Positions 51,947-61,777 of a stretch of DNA of 64,000 nucleotides are shown piece after piece; the first letter of the stretch is position 1; each line of letters starts with the position of its first letter. A model generated the notes under the pieces. That model worked only from the letters and a program-made list of their open reading frames with translations, was not told the DNA's origin and ran no database searches. The stretch comes from Clostridia bacterium (lineage in GTDB: Bacteria; Bacillota; Clostridia; JAAYHZ01). The stretch spans positions 352,001 to 416,000 of the forward strand of contig JBMNIH010000003.1 of the NCBI GenBank assembly GCA_050950825.1, given 5' to 3'. The translations under genes were made by a program, and so were the position numbers.

Positions 51947-52774
51947 TTATGCTTCCTTTCGGTCGCATTCTCCAAAATGGATAATTTCGATGGTATTGAT
52001 CGGACACTCTTCCACGCATTTGCCGCAGTTTTGGCACTTATACGGGTCGATAACCGCTAAGCTGCCGGACATGCTGATAGCGTTGTATTCGCACACTTTT
52101 GAGCATCTTCCGCAGCCGATGCAGCCGTGACGACATATCTGCCGAACGGCAGCTCCTTTGTCTCCGTTGGAGCATGTTACGGAAACCGTGTTATCGGCAG
52201 GCAGCAAACGAATAATCTTTTTGGGGCAGGTTTCTACACACAAATTGCAGCCGGAACAGATGGTTTCGATAACCACCGCCACGCCTTTGTGAATCTTTAT
52301 TGCATTCAAGGGACAAACCTTTGCACAATCTCCGAATCCCAAACAGCCGTATCTGCAAGAGGAGTCGCCTGCATGAAGCTGGGAGGCGGATATGCAGGAG
52401 GGTACGCCTTCGTACTCGTACTTTTTCGTGGTAATTCCCTCAAAGCCTGCGCACATAACCCTTGCCACCTTCTTTTCCATCGCTTCCGCTTCCACGCCCA
52501 TAATTTCGGATATTTTCTTAACGACGGCATCCTTTCCTACCGTGCATAAATTTGTTTTCGCGCCCTCGTTAACCACCGCCGTAGCGTATGCAACGCACCC
52601 GGTATATCCGCAAGCGCCGCAATTGGCACCCGGCAGTACATCTATAATTTGTTCGATTCTTTCATCATTGGCAGCCAAAGCAAACTTTTTGGAAACCGCG
52701 GCCAAGCCTATGCCGAAAACCAATCCCAATCCGCCTACAATCGCCGCAGGTACTAAAATATTTACAAACATCAA
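51947..52774 (-). CDS. rnfB: Rnf complex subunit B (polyferredoxin)
   Basis: LPGANCGACGY and multiple CxxCxxCxxxCP motifs. Confidence 0.95.
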   Translation of the reverse strand: MMFVNILVPAAIVGGLGLVFGIGLAAVSKKFALAANDERIEQIIDVLPGANCGACGYTGCVAYATAVVNEGAKTNLCTVGKDAVVKKISEIMGVEAEAMEKKVARVMCAGFEGITTKKYEYEGVPSCISASQLHAGDSSCRYGCLGFGDCAKVCPLNAIKIHKGVAVVIETICSGCNLCVETCPKKIIRLLPADNTVSVTCSNGDKGAAVRQICRHGCIGCGRCSKVCEYNAISMSGSLAVIDPYKCQNCGKCVEECPINTIEIIHFGECDRKEA

Positions 52775-52795
52775 GTTTATACAAACCTCCTTTCA

Positions 52796-53377
52796 TCAAC
52801 CGGCAAACAATCCGCTAAAGCCCATAAAGGCCAAAGACACAAAGGCTGCCGCTACCAAAGATATGGGAAAACCTTTAAAGCATTCCGGTACATCGCATAA
52901 TTCCAAACGTTCTCGAACCCCTGCAAATATCAATATGGCCACCATATAGCTGACCCCGGCGGAAAATCCGAAAACAATGGACTTGATAAACGTATAATCC
53001 CTTTGGATGTTCAAAATGGATACGGCCAAAACGGCGCAGTTGGTGGTAATAAGGGGAAGGTAAATCCCCAATGCTTTATACAGCCGTGGCAGCGTCTTTT
53101 TCATCACAATTTCCACCAATTGAACCAATGCGGCAATAACCAATATAAAGGTAATGGTTTGAAGGAACATCATATCTAAGGGTGCCAGTATATAAGTATA
53201 AACCAGCCAAGTAACGGCGGAGGCTACGGTCATAACAAAGATGACCGCACCGCTCATCCCTACGGAGTTGGACAAATCCTTCGAAACACCCAAGAAGGAA
53301 CACACGCCTAAAAATTTGCTCAATACAAAGTTTTCAACAAATATTGTGGCGAATATGATAATCAATATTTCTTTCAT
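52796..53377 (-). CDS. rnfA: Rnf complex subunit A
   Basis: FLGVCSFLG, LGIYLPLITTNCAV. Confidence 0.95.
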   Translation of the reverse strand: MKEILIIIFATIFVENFVLSKFLGVCSFLGVSKDLSNSVGMSGAVIFVMTVASAVTWLVYTYILAPLDMMFLQTITFILVIAALVQLVEIVMKKTLPRLYKALGIYLPLITTNCAVLAVSILNIQRDYTFIKSIVFGFSAGVSYMVAILIFAGVRERLELCDVPECFKGFPISLVAAAFVSLAFMGFSGLFAG

Positions 53378-54042
53378 GCTACACTCTCCTTCTCACAGCT
53401 TCTTCCTACACAGTTCATAGGACAAGAGCCGCAATGACGTATAGGGGTGGTTCGATTGGTAATTTTATTAATTAAAGCCATTAAGAACCCGAGAATCATA
53501 AACCCTCCCGGCGGCAGCAAGAAAATAAGTATGGGCTTCATTTCGCCGGTAAGGAAGGATTTACCGAAAATCGATCCGGCTCCCAATATTTCTCTGACAG
53601 ACCCTATTAACACCAGCGATACGGTAAAACCGATTCCCATGCCTATCCCGTCTAAAATGGAATCCCAAACCGGATTCCGGTTTGCAAAGGATTCCGCCCG
53701 AGCCATGATAATGCAGTTTACCACGATCAAGGGTATGAACAAACCTAACGATTCGTCCAATGCAGGGAAAAAGGCTTTTAAAATCAATTCGATAATGGTC
53801 ACAAATCCTGCTATGACCGTGATGTATGCGGGAATTCGGACCTTATCGGGTATGATCCTCCTTAATAACGATATGATCATATTGGATCCTACCAAACAAA
53901 ACGTAGTTGCCAAGCCCATACCCAAACCGTTTTCCGCCGATGTGGTGACGGCTAACGTAGGACACATTCCCAATACCATTCGGAATATGGGGTTTTCATT
54001 TAATATTCCGTTCTTTATAATCTTAAATCCTTTCATCATCAA
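53374..54042 (-). CDS. rnfE: Rnf complex subunit E
   Basis: LGMCPTLAVT, FIPLIVVNC, VREILG. Confidence 0.95.
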   Translation of the reverse strand: MMMKGFKIIKNGILNENPIFRMVLGMCPTLAVTTSAENGLGMGLATTFCLVGSNMIISLLRRIIPDKVRIPAYITVIAGFVTIIELILKAFFPALDESLGLFIPLIVVNCIIMARAESFANRNPVWDSILDGIGMGIGFTVSLVLIGSVREILGAGSIFGKSFLTGEMKPILIFLLPPGGFMILGFLMALINKITNRTTPIRHCGSCPMNCVGRSCEKESVA

Positions 54043-54605
54043 ACCCCCTTTTCGATATAATGATTCAATGCCGCATTGACGGCTCTCGTCAAAGCATTGG
54101 ACGTAACGGTGGCGCCGCTTAACGCATCGATTTCATTCGCTGCGTTACCGCCTTTTTTCGTAACCTTCAAATTGGCTTCTCGAGCACCGATAAACCGGTT
54201 TACAAAGTCGGGCTTTGCCGCTTCTCTTCCTACACCGGGGGTTTCGTTGTTGTCTCCCACCACAACGCCGCTTACCGCACCGGATTTGTCGATACCCACG
54301 ACTACGACGATATCTCCGCCGTAACCGGATGTTTTCACAAGATATACGCATCCCGCAACCTCTTGGCCTTTAAAGCCTTTATTGACTTCAAGAACGGTTG
54401 CTTGGAATTTTGCATCTTTTTCATTCAGTACTGTCGTTTCAAAGGAATCCGCAGCCGGCAAAACCTTTGCCATATATTCTTGTTTCGCCTCTTCTTCCAA
54501 AGCGGCAATGCGATCCTTCGTTATATCATTGACGGCGGATACGATCCCTACCGTCACAAAGCATACGGCTAATAAAACGATTGCAGGTTTTAAAAATTCT
54601 TTCAT
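54039..54605 (-). CDS. rnfG: Rnf complex subunit G
   Basis: GYGG, ETPG, DALSGATVTS (FMN-Thr motif). Confidence 0.95.
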   Translation of the reverse strand: MKEFLKPAIVLLAVCFVTVGIVSAVNDITKDRIAALEEEAKQEYMAKVLPAADSFETTVLNEKDAKFQATVLEVNKGFKGQEVAGCVYLVKTSGYGGDIVVVVGIDKSGAVSGVVVGDNNETPGVGREAAKPDFVNRFIGAREANLKVTKKGGNAANEIDALSGATVTSNALTRAVNAALNHYIEKGV

Positions 54606-54607
54606 CT

Positions 54608-55564
54608 TTATCGACCTCCGAAATTTTTCGGTATGGTATAACGATCAATCAGCGGAACCAGCATATTCATAAACAGGATGGAGAAAGCCACACCTTCCGG
54701 CAAAGCGCCGTACAGCCGAATAACCGATGTCACCAAACCGCACCCTACGGCAAAGATTATGGCACCTTTTTTCGTCATAGGCGAAGTCGTGTAATCCGTT
54801 GCCATAAAGATGGCACCTAACAGCAAACCGCCTGCGATCAAATGCGTGAACGGATCTCCCGTAAATAAACCGTTCCCTCCCAGCATCCATGTTAAAAAGG
54901 CCACGGTACCCAAATAGAAGACCGGAATGTGCCATGTTATAACGGTTCTGGCCAGTAAATAGATTCCGCCTAAAATCAGCGCAATCGCCGATGTTTCACC
55001 GATACATCCGCCGATGTTGCCTAAAAACATATCCAAAAAATCCGGCATTGCCGACACGGCCTCCGCATCCTTCATAATGGCTAAGGGCGTAGCCGTAGAG
55101 ATAACGTCCGTTCCGGGCTCCACCCAGGTGGTCATTGCTTGGGCAAAGGAAACGGTTAAAAATACTCTTGCACCTACGGCGGGATTGACAAAATTTTGCC
55201 CGATTCCGCCGAACAACTGCTTAATGATGACAATGGCGATAAAACATCCGAGTACAGCCATCCATACGGGTAAACCCGGCGGCAGGCTCATGGCCAACAG
55301 CAATCCGGTAACGATGGCGGAGCAGTCGCCAATGGAAGCCGGTTTTTTACGAATTCGAACCGCAATATATTCAAATAAAACACAAGAAACGATGCATACG
55401 GCTATTAACAATGCCGCCCTAAGACCGTGGTAATAAATACCCAATAACGCGGCAGGCGCCAATGCGATAACCACATCCAGCATGATTCTTCGTGTAGAAA
55501 TGTGATCCCTTATGTGGGGAGATGCCGAAACGAGCAACTTCTTTTCCATGTTTATTTTTTCCAT
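54608..55564 (-). CDS. rnfD: Rnf complex subunit D
   Basis: SPH, KQLFGGIGQN, STATPL, GCIGETS, FMATDYTTSP. Confidence 0.95.
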   Translation of the reverse strand: MEKINMEKKLLVSASPHIRDHISTRRIMLDVVIALAPAALLGIYYHGLRAALLIAVCIVSCVLFEYIAVRIRKKPASIGDCSAIVTGLLLAMSLPPGLPVWMAVLGCFIAIVIIKQLFGGIGQNFVNPAVGARVFLTVSFAQAMTTWVEPGTDVISTATPLAIMKDAEAVSAMPDFLDMFLGNIGGCIGETSAIALILGGIYLLARTVITWHIPVFYLGTVAFLTWMLGGNGLFTGDPFTHLIAGGLLLGAIFMATDYTTSPMTKKGAIIFAVGCGLVTSVIRLYGALPEGVAFSILFMNMLVPLIDRYTIPKNFGGR

Positions 55565-55566
55565 GT

Positions 55567-56886
55567 TTATTTTCCCCCTTTCACCTTCGGCTGCTGTCTG
55601 ATCAAAGTCTTGCCCATACGTATGGATTGCACCAGGTATCGCTTAGCCGGGCAATTGTACGTGCAGCTGCCGCATTCGATGCAGTCCATAATATGGTATC
55701 GGTTCAGCATTTCCAAGTCACGTCTTCTTGAGAAAAGATCCAGATTCACCGGCATCAAGGACATAGGACAGCGGCTCACACAGCGTCCGCAGCGAATACA
55801 CGGGGTTTCGTTAGGCGGGTCTCCCAATTCTTTTCCGAGAGCCAATATGGCGTTGTTTTGCTTTAATATGGGTTGATCGATGTTGTAGTTGGCTATACCC
55901 ATCATCGGACCGCCCATAATAACCTTTTTGATTTCCTCCGTTATTCCGCCGCAAAAAGCAAGCAGTTCGCGTATGGAGGTACCCACCACCACTTCCACGT
56001 TTCCGGGATTTTTCACCGCCGTACCGTCCACGGTCACTCTTCTTTTCACCAAAGGCATGCCGGTTTCCAAGTACTTGGAGATAAAGGATACGGTGGTAAT
56101 ATTTAATACGATGGTTCCTACATCGGAAGGAAGCCCTCCTGAAGGAACTTTTCTTCCGGTCAACGCGGAAATCAGCATTTTCTCGGCTCCTTGCGGATAC
56201 CTCGTAATTAAAGGCTGAACTTGAATTTTCGTACCCTTTGCCGCTTGGCTTAAAATCTCAATGGATTCGGGCTTATTGTCTTCCACGCCGATAATGAGAT
56301 TGGGAATTTTCAAAAATTCCCCGATGATCTCCGTCCCTCGAATCACATGCTCCGTATGCTCTAACGCTTCTCGGAAGTCCGACGTGATATACGGTTCACA
56401 CTCTACGGCGTTCACAATCAACGTATCAATATCCGCCTCGTTGGGCAGATTCAGCTTCACGTGGGTAGGAAAACCGGCTCCGCCTAGTCCAACCAAGCCG
56501 GAGGCGCGGATAGCCTTGACAAATTCATTCAAATTTCCTACCTTCGGAGGCTTTACATCCTCGTGTATTTCGTTCTCACCGTCCGATTCAATAATCATAA
56601 CCGGAACGTTTCTGCCGTCGTAAGTCAATATGATATCCATCTTCGCAACCTTCCCGGAAACACCGGAATGGATCGGCGCGGAAACATATTGATCCGAATC
56701 TCCGATAACCTGACCGACCTTTACTCGATCGCCTTTTTGTAGTACAGGCTTACAAGGCGCTCCAATATGCTGCTGCATAGGAACTGTGATCGTTTCAGGA
56801 GCCGGCATCACGACGGTCGGGCTATGAGCGGTATTCTTAATGTGAGGAAGCGTAGCACCCTGTTTAAATGTCTTCTTTCTTTTCAT
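55567..56886 (-). CDS. rnfC: Rnf complex subunit C
   Basis: QHIGAP, GLGGAGFPT, ECEPY, YPQGAE, GGPMMG and two 4Fe-4S motifs. Confidence 0.96.
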   Translation of the reverse strand: MKRKKTFKQGATLPHIKNTAHSPTVVMPAPETITVPMQQHIGAPCKPVLQKGDRVKVGQVIGDSDQYVSAPIHSGVSGKVAKMDIILTYDGRNVPVMIIESDGENEIHEDVKPPKVGNLNEFVKAIRASGLVGLGGAGFPTHVKLNLPNEADIDTLIVNAVECEPYITSDFREALEHTEHVIRGTEIIGEFLKIPNLIIGVEDNKPESIEILSQAAKGTKIQVQPLITRYPQGAEKMLISALTGRKVPSGGLPSDVGTIVLNITTVSFISKYLETGMPLVKRRVTVDGTAVKNPGNVEVVVGTSIRELLAFCGGITEEIKKVIMGGPMMGIANYNIDQPILKQNNAILALGKELGDPPNETPCIRCGRCVSRCPMSLMPVNLDLFSRRRDLEMLNRYHIMDCIECGSCTYNCPAKRYLVQSIRMGKTLIRQQPKVKGGK

Positions 56887-57061
56887 TCCGATACCTCTTT
56901 CCTAAAACAATTGAAATAAAATTGGTTATACTGTATACATTGTACATTCGCTTTTAAAAAAAATAAAAACGCCTGTTTGTGAAAAATTCGTCAAAAAAAA
57001 GTGCTTCCCTTGCAGGTTGCACTTCCGATGGTCTTACAAATTCGAACTTTTTTCTTCATCA

Positions 57062-57433
57062 TCATCTTATCCCCATAGGTCTTGCGAGATATACGACCTT
57101 GTCACCGTCGCATATGTCTTCGATAATAGGCAAACCCTTATAACGAACCAACATAACCGTATAGCCACGGGATCTTAAACCGTCCCAATGGTAAATAACA
57201 AGGTTTCTGTTGACACCATGTCGTCTTATAAAATACCTTAAATCCTTCGCGGAATTTACATCGGATACATCTATAATTTCAGAGAACAACCTCTTAATAC
57301 AATCATTTTCTCTGTTTGGCATATATTCTTCACCGGATATCAAAGCTTCTATTTTCTCCGGGGAATAATCCTTAACGGCTATAATATAAGTATCCTTATA
57401 CTTCTTCTGTTTTTGTTTCAGCCAAAATCCCAT
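57062..57433 (-). CDS. Hypothetical protein
   Basis: 123-aa ORF with GGGGG RBS-like sequence; no motif recognised. Confidence 0.55.
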   Translation of the reverse strand: MGFWLKQKQKKYKDTYIIAVKDYSPEKIEALISGEEYMPNRENDCIKRLFSEIIDVSDVNSAKDLRYFIRRHGVNRNLVIYHWDGLRSRGYTVMLVRYKGLPIIEDICDGDKVVYLARPMGIR

Positions 57434-57585
57434 TACGCTACCCCCAAATTATAGTTTTGAACTCACCACAATGGATATATATATTTACACACAAATCATT
57501 ATAGTACATCCGGTTCCATTTCGCAATATGTAAAATACGTAAAATCGATAAAATACTTGGCAATTCTGCTTTACGGCGGACAAAT

Positions 57586-58368
57586 CTATCGTTTATCCAG
57601 CCATGCATTCCAAAACTCCAACCGACCCAAGCGAATCTTTTTAAATCCGATCTTTTGATATATACGCTTCGCCTGCTCGTTGTATGCATAAAGAAAAACC
57701 AAAGAATCCGAGCGGAACCGATGCTCCTTCAAAGCATGCCGAATAACGGCAGTGGCATAGCCCTTGTTGCGGTACTCGGGTACGGTATATACATTATCAA
57801 TTACGGCCGTGTTAAATTCATTCATGACAACAAAGGATGCCGCCGATACCGGCTTTCCGCGAACACAATACACCCATAAATCGTATCCCGGCTTCGAGGA
57901 AAGCTTTTCTACTACCATTCGGTTGTATCGTCCCTCGTCGTCGTCGGAGAACATGGACAAAATTTCTTTTCCCGGCCTTCGGACTCTTTCTACGTTGCTT
58001 GAATAGGAGCCTTCCGGGCGAACATTTTTCGGGTAATAGAAAAACGATCCGTCCGGATATCTGCCTATCGCATACCCTCTGCTTTTCAAGGGCTCCGCCA
58101 AAACATCGTAAGCCTTTCGATGAAAGGATGTGTAAAGAACCGGCATTAAGCCCCTGCCCGTATAAAATGCGGTGATATCTTCGATGATCTTTCCCAAATC
58201 TCCCGAGTGGTCTGTTATCACCGCATGGTTGCACATATGGGAGCTCGGGTAGTCTTCATCGTGGTAAAGCAAACCGTAAGGCCGCCGAACCGTTTTGGAA
58301 ATCAGCGCCGGGTAATAAATATGGCTTGATGCGATTTTTGAAGCAAGAGTATTTGTAAACAAAACCAT
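57586..58368 (-). CDS. GNAT family N-acetyltransferase
   Basis: VYTVPEYRNKGYA acetyl-CoA motif; AKRIYQKIGF. Confidence 0.9.
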   Translation of the reverse strand: MVLFTNTLASKIASSHIYYPALISKTVRRPYGLLYHDEDYPSSHMCNHAVITDHSGDLGKIIEDITAFYTGRGLMPVLYTSFHRKAYDVLAEPLKSRGYAIGRYPDGSFFYYPKNVRPEGSYSSNVERVRRPGKEILSMFSDDDEGRYNRMVVEKLSSKPGYDLWVYCVRGKPVSAASFVVMNEFNTAVIDNVYTVPEYRNKGYATAVIRHALKEHRFRSDSLVFLYAYNEQAKRIYQKIGFKKIRLGRLEFWNAWLDKR

Positions 58369-58383
58369 ATACGCAAAACCTAT

Positions 58384-59211
58384 TTAAGGAAGCTCGAATA
58401 TTTCGCACAGCTCTTCCTGTGTAACGTAAGCGCCGTATTCGGATACTTCGAAGGCCTCAAAGCTGATCAATTTTTCTTTCGCCTTATCGCCGTAAATCTT
58501 TTGATATGTCTTCATGATTTCCGGATTCATAAGGTTTTTGGATCGATTCAAAAGCCACTGCCTGCACCACTGCAGCCGTCCCTTTTCGTCTTTAGGAACC
58601 TGATCCAATTCTCCGTCTAACCAAGGCAGCCATTCGAAAAACTGGGATTCGTGGCAGTACAGCATCTTTGCTTTTTCATCCAAATATTCTTCCGTGTCTA
58701 TAACCACGTCCGGCTTGAACGGAAGAGGCTTTTTAAATCCGTCAGCCATATATAAAATGACGGGTTCATATTCCAATGCCGGAACGTCGGGAACCGTCAA
58801 AGGCACTCTCAACAAAAAAGAGGCGTCTTGCACCAAAAGCCCCGTATTACGGTGGTCCGTATGGTAGTCATTGGTCCGGTGGGTGACAATGATATCCGGC
58901 TTGAATGAACGAATCAGGCCGATTAATCGATTTCTATTTTCCAAGGTGTTTTGCAAATCACCGTCGTTGTTGTCCATAACATGATATTGGATACCGAATT
59001 CTTCCGCTACTTTTCTTGTTTCCAAAAAGCGTCTTTGCTTTAATTCGTCTCTTTTCATTACATGATGCCCGGCGTTCCCGTTTGTAGCGGAAACATACAG
59101 AACGCTTCCTCCTTTACGGAGAATTCTTACGGCGATCCCTCCGGTTTTGCTTTCGCAATCGTCCGGATGGGCCCCGATAACCATTAAACGAATGCCTTGC
59201 TCCTTGATCAT
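58384..59211 (-). CDS. PIG-L/LmbE family deacetylase
   Basis: GAHPDD, TNGNAGH, DYHTDHR, HESQF. Confidence 0.92.
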   Translation of the reverse strand: MIKEQGIRLMVIGAHPDDCESKTGGIAVRILRKGGSVLYVSATNGNAGHHVMKRDELKQRRFLETRKVAEEFGIQYHVMDNNDGDLQNTLENRNRLIGLIRSFKPDIIVTHRTNDYHTDHRNTGLLVQDASFLLRVPLTVPDVPALEYEPVILYMADGFKKPLPFKPDVVIDTEEYLDEKAKMLYCHESQFFEWLPWLDGELDQVPKDEKGRLQWCRQWLLNRSKNLMNPEIMKTYQKIYGDKAKEKLISFEAFEVSEYGAYVTQEELCEIFELP

Positions 59212-59407
59212 ATTAACCCTCCAATAAAACTTAAGCGGTAAAGTATTTGCGATTATTATAGCACACGTATCCGGTGTTTTCCGAAGGTTTTTTGCTTTCG
59301 AGAATTCCTGCCTTTTTAACATATTTACAAGAAATATAAAATAATGTTTGAGTAAAACCCGTTCAACCGGTACAATGATTTAAAAGAAGTTTTTCGGAGG
59401 AATTGCA

Positions 59408-59866
59408 ATGGAAAACAACGAAATCACGAATTATGAAGGATTCGGCGGCACGAATACCGGTTTTACCGATATTCGGTGCAGCGTTCCGACCGGTGAATTG
59501 ATCCAATTGGCAAACTGGGCAAAATTTCGCGGTATCTTGGACATTATAATGGGAGCCTTATGCTGCTTGGGTATCGTAACGGCCGTTTTCGGAATTCCTC
59601 TTCTTATAGGCGGTATTAAAGTACTCGATTCCGTTTCGGCACTGAAGCAAGCCATAAAAACCGACAACCATGAAAAAATGACGGATTTTTTCATGAATCA
59701 AAAAAAGTTTTTCGTATTTAACGGTGTCTCCAATATTATTTATATTGCTCTGTCCCTATTGGCGCTTATCATATCTCTTGGAATCTTTGCGATGTTTTTA
59801 CGTGAATTTATTACCGATCCTAAAATAACCGATTTTTTTAATCCGGAATACTTTTCTTCTTTTTAA
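59408..59866 (+). CDS. Membrane protein (DUF5362-like)
   Basis: WAKF.GIL.II.GAL.C...GIP pattern with three hydrophobic segments; GGAGG RBS. Confidence 0.7.
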   Translation: MENNEITNYEGFGGTNTGFTDIRCSVPTGELIQLANWAKFRGILDIIMGALCCLGIVTAVFGIPLLIGGIKVLDSVSALKQAIKTDNHEKMTDFFMNQKKFFVFNGVSNIIYIALSLLALIISLGIFAMFLREFITDPKITDFFNPEYFSSF

Positions 59867-60024
59867 GATAAATCACGGTTTTGCTTTATTATCAACGATT
59901 TTTACTGTATAATGGTACATAAAGAGCAAAAAGGGTAATAAATCGAGGTTAAGGGTGACAATCACATTTTGTGATTCGATTTACATAAGGTCATTCAAGT
60001 GTGATGGAAAACAGGGGTGATAAA

Positions 60025-61314
60025 ATGGAGTTTAAAATGGAACTAAATCAAGATGAAAGAGACATTCTGGAAGGCAAGCAAGGTGAAACGCTACAGAAAA
60101 TAATGAAAACCGTCGTGGAATACGGGGAAATGTTCGGCGCAAAAAGATTAGTCCCGCTGACGGGAGCGTCTCATTTGGTTACGTCATACGGTATGCCGCA
60201 GTTAGAAGCCATGTATGACATTATGGACGAAATGATCAAAAACGGTATCAAAGCAAAAGTGCCTTTTACCGTCGGCCCGAGGCCTTTTGATCATGAACGA
60301 GTGAAAACGGATGGCGGAGAAAAACGCTCTCTCAAACAATTATACGGAAAACAAAAGGAATTGGAAGAAAAATTAAAGGCTTTAGGCTTAAGAGACGACA
60401 AAGCCTTTACCAACACGCCCTATGTTCCGGAAGTTAATAACAAACCGAAAGAAGGGGACATATTGGCATGGTCGGATCCTTCCGCCGTAACGTTTGTCAA
60501 TTCGGTATTCGGTGCACGAACCAATCTGAATCCTCCTTTAATCGATCTGTTCTGTGCCGTATTGGGAAAAGCGCCGGAGTACGGATTGTTGACCGACGAA
60601 GGCCGAAAAGCCACATGGAACGTTGTTATCAATACCAGGAAGGCTCCCAATCCTCAAATATTGGGACATGCAATCGGTATGAAAGCCCAAGGGCAAATAC
60701 CTTACATACAAGGTGTTGACACCTTCTTCGGAAGAAAGATCGAAGAAGACTTGTACGACTTTATTCAAGAATTGAGCGGTGTGCTGGCTCAATTCGGAAT
60801 CCATCAGTTCCATATCGACCACACCACGCCGGAAGCGATAAACCAAGGCAAGAATTTAATGGCGGAAAATCCGCAAGTCTACATTGTTGACGATGAAGAG
60901 CTGGCCGATTTGGCATTGTCTTATCCTTCTCCTTGGAGAAAGCAAAAAGTAAAACCGGCCATGTGCATCATCGGTTATCCCCAATTGAACTTGCATCAAG
61001 TCGAATATTGGACCACCGTTATTTTCCGCGGCATGAAAATGCACGGCAAGCATAAGATTAACACTCCTACTTACCTATGCGTTGCTCCGGAGGTTTTGGC
61101 AAAATTCCAAACCAACTATACGTTAAAAACCCAAGTGGAAGAAGCGGGAATCCAATTTACCACCATGTGTCCGCTGGCATTCTTGAAAAATGCCAAGACA
61201 GCGAAGAAGCCCGTGGTGACGAATTCTAACGTATTGCGTATGAACGCAAACGTAAAATATTACGACGTATCCGAATTGACAAGTATCATTGCAACCGGGA
61301 GGTGTCAAGAATGA
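60025..61314 (+). CDS. Aconitase X large subunit homolog (DUF521), degenerate active site
   Basis: ILEGKQG..K.M, YGEMFGA, NSVFGARTN, PEYGLL and TPEA family patterns. Confidence 0.85.
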   Translation: MEFKMELNQDERDILEGKQGETLQKIMKTVVEYGEMFGAKRLVPLTGASHLVTSYGMPQLEAMYDIMDEMIKNGIKAKVPFTVGPRPFDHERVKTDGGEKRSLKQLYGKQKELEEKLKALGLRDDKAFTNTPYVPEVNNKPKEGDILAWSDPSAVTFVNSVFGARTNLNPPLIDLFCAVLGKAPEYGLLTDEGRKATWNVVINTRKAPNPQILGHAIGMKAQGQIPYIQGVDTFFGRKIEEDLYDFIQELSGVLAQFGIHQFHIDHTTPEAINQGKNLMAENPQVYIVDDEELADLALSYPSPWRKQKVKPAMCIIGYPQLNLHQVEYWTTVIFRGMKMHGKHKINTPTYLCVAPEVLAKFQTNYTLKTQVEEAGIQFTTMCPLAFLKNAKTAKKPVVTNSNVLRMNANVKYYDVSELTSIIATGRCQE

Positions 61315-61703
61315 GTAAAAAATTTCAAGGTAGGGTAATAGCAAAGGGCAATCTTACCGGTTCCGCCGTCGTTTCCGAGGATTTGTTGAATTTAATGGCG
61401 ATTGTAGACAACGCAGTGATTCAACATGACGTAAAAGGCAATATTCTTTGCTTGCCGAAGGCCGGGTTTACAAAATTCGGCGGCATGTTTCTTTTAACCG
61501 CATGCAAAAAAGGTTTTGCGCCTTCCGCAATGCTGTTCTCCGAAACCGTCGACGAAGAATCCGCTTCCGCCATCGTAGCGGCAAGCAATTGGCTAGGCTA
61601 TAGCCTTATTGCCATTGACCGGCTGGGAAATGAATTCCTCGACATGGTGAAAAACGACACGAAAATTGAAATCAAGGATACGGGAGAAGTCACCATACTG
61701 TAG
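61311..61703 (+). CDS. Aconitase X swivel/small subunit homolog (DUF126)
   Basis: FQGRVI..G...G.AVVS, KG.ILCLP, APSAMLFS; ATGA overlap with the large subunit. Confidence 0.8.
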   Translation: MSKKFQGRVIAKGNLTGSAVVSEDLLNLMAIVDNAVIQHDVKGNILCLPKAGFTKFGGMFLLTACKKGFAPSAMLFSETVDEESASAIVAASNWLGYSLIAIDRLGNEFLDMVKNDTKIEIKDTGEVTIL

Positions 61704-61740
61704 CCGAAAATAAAAACGAAGCAAATATCACGGATAAATA

Positions 61741-61767
61741 AAAAACCTTCAATTTTGAAGGTTTTTT
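61741..61767. terminator. Bidirectional terminator
   Basis: AAAAACCTTCAA / TTGAAGGTTTTT between convergent genes. Confidence 0.85.
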
Positions 61768-61777
61768 ATATTCCCAT

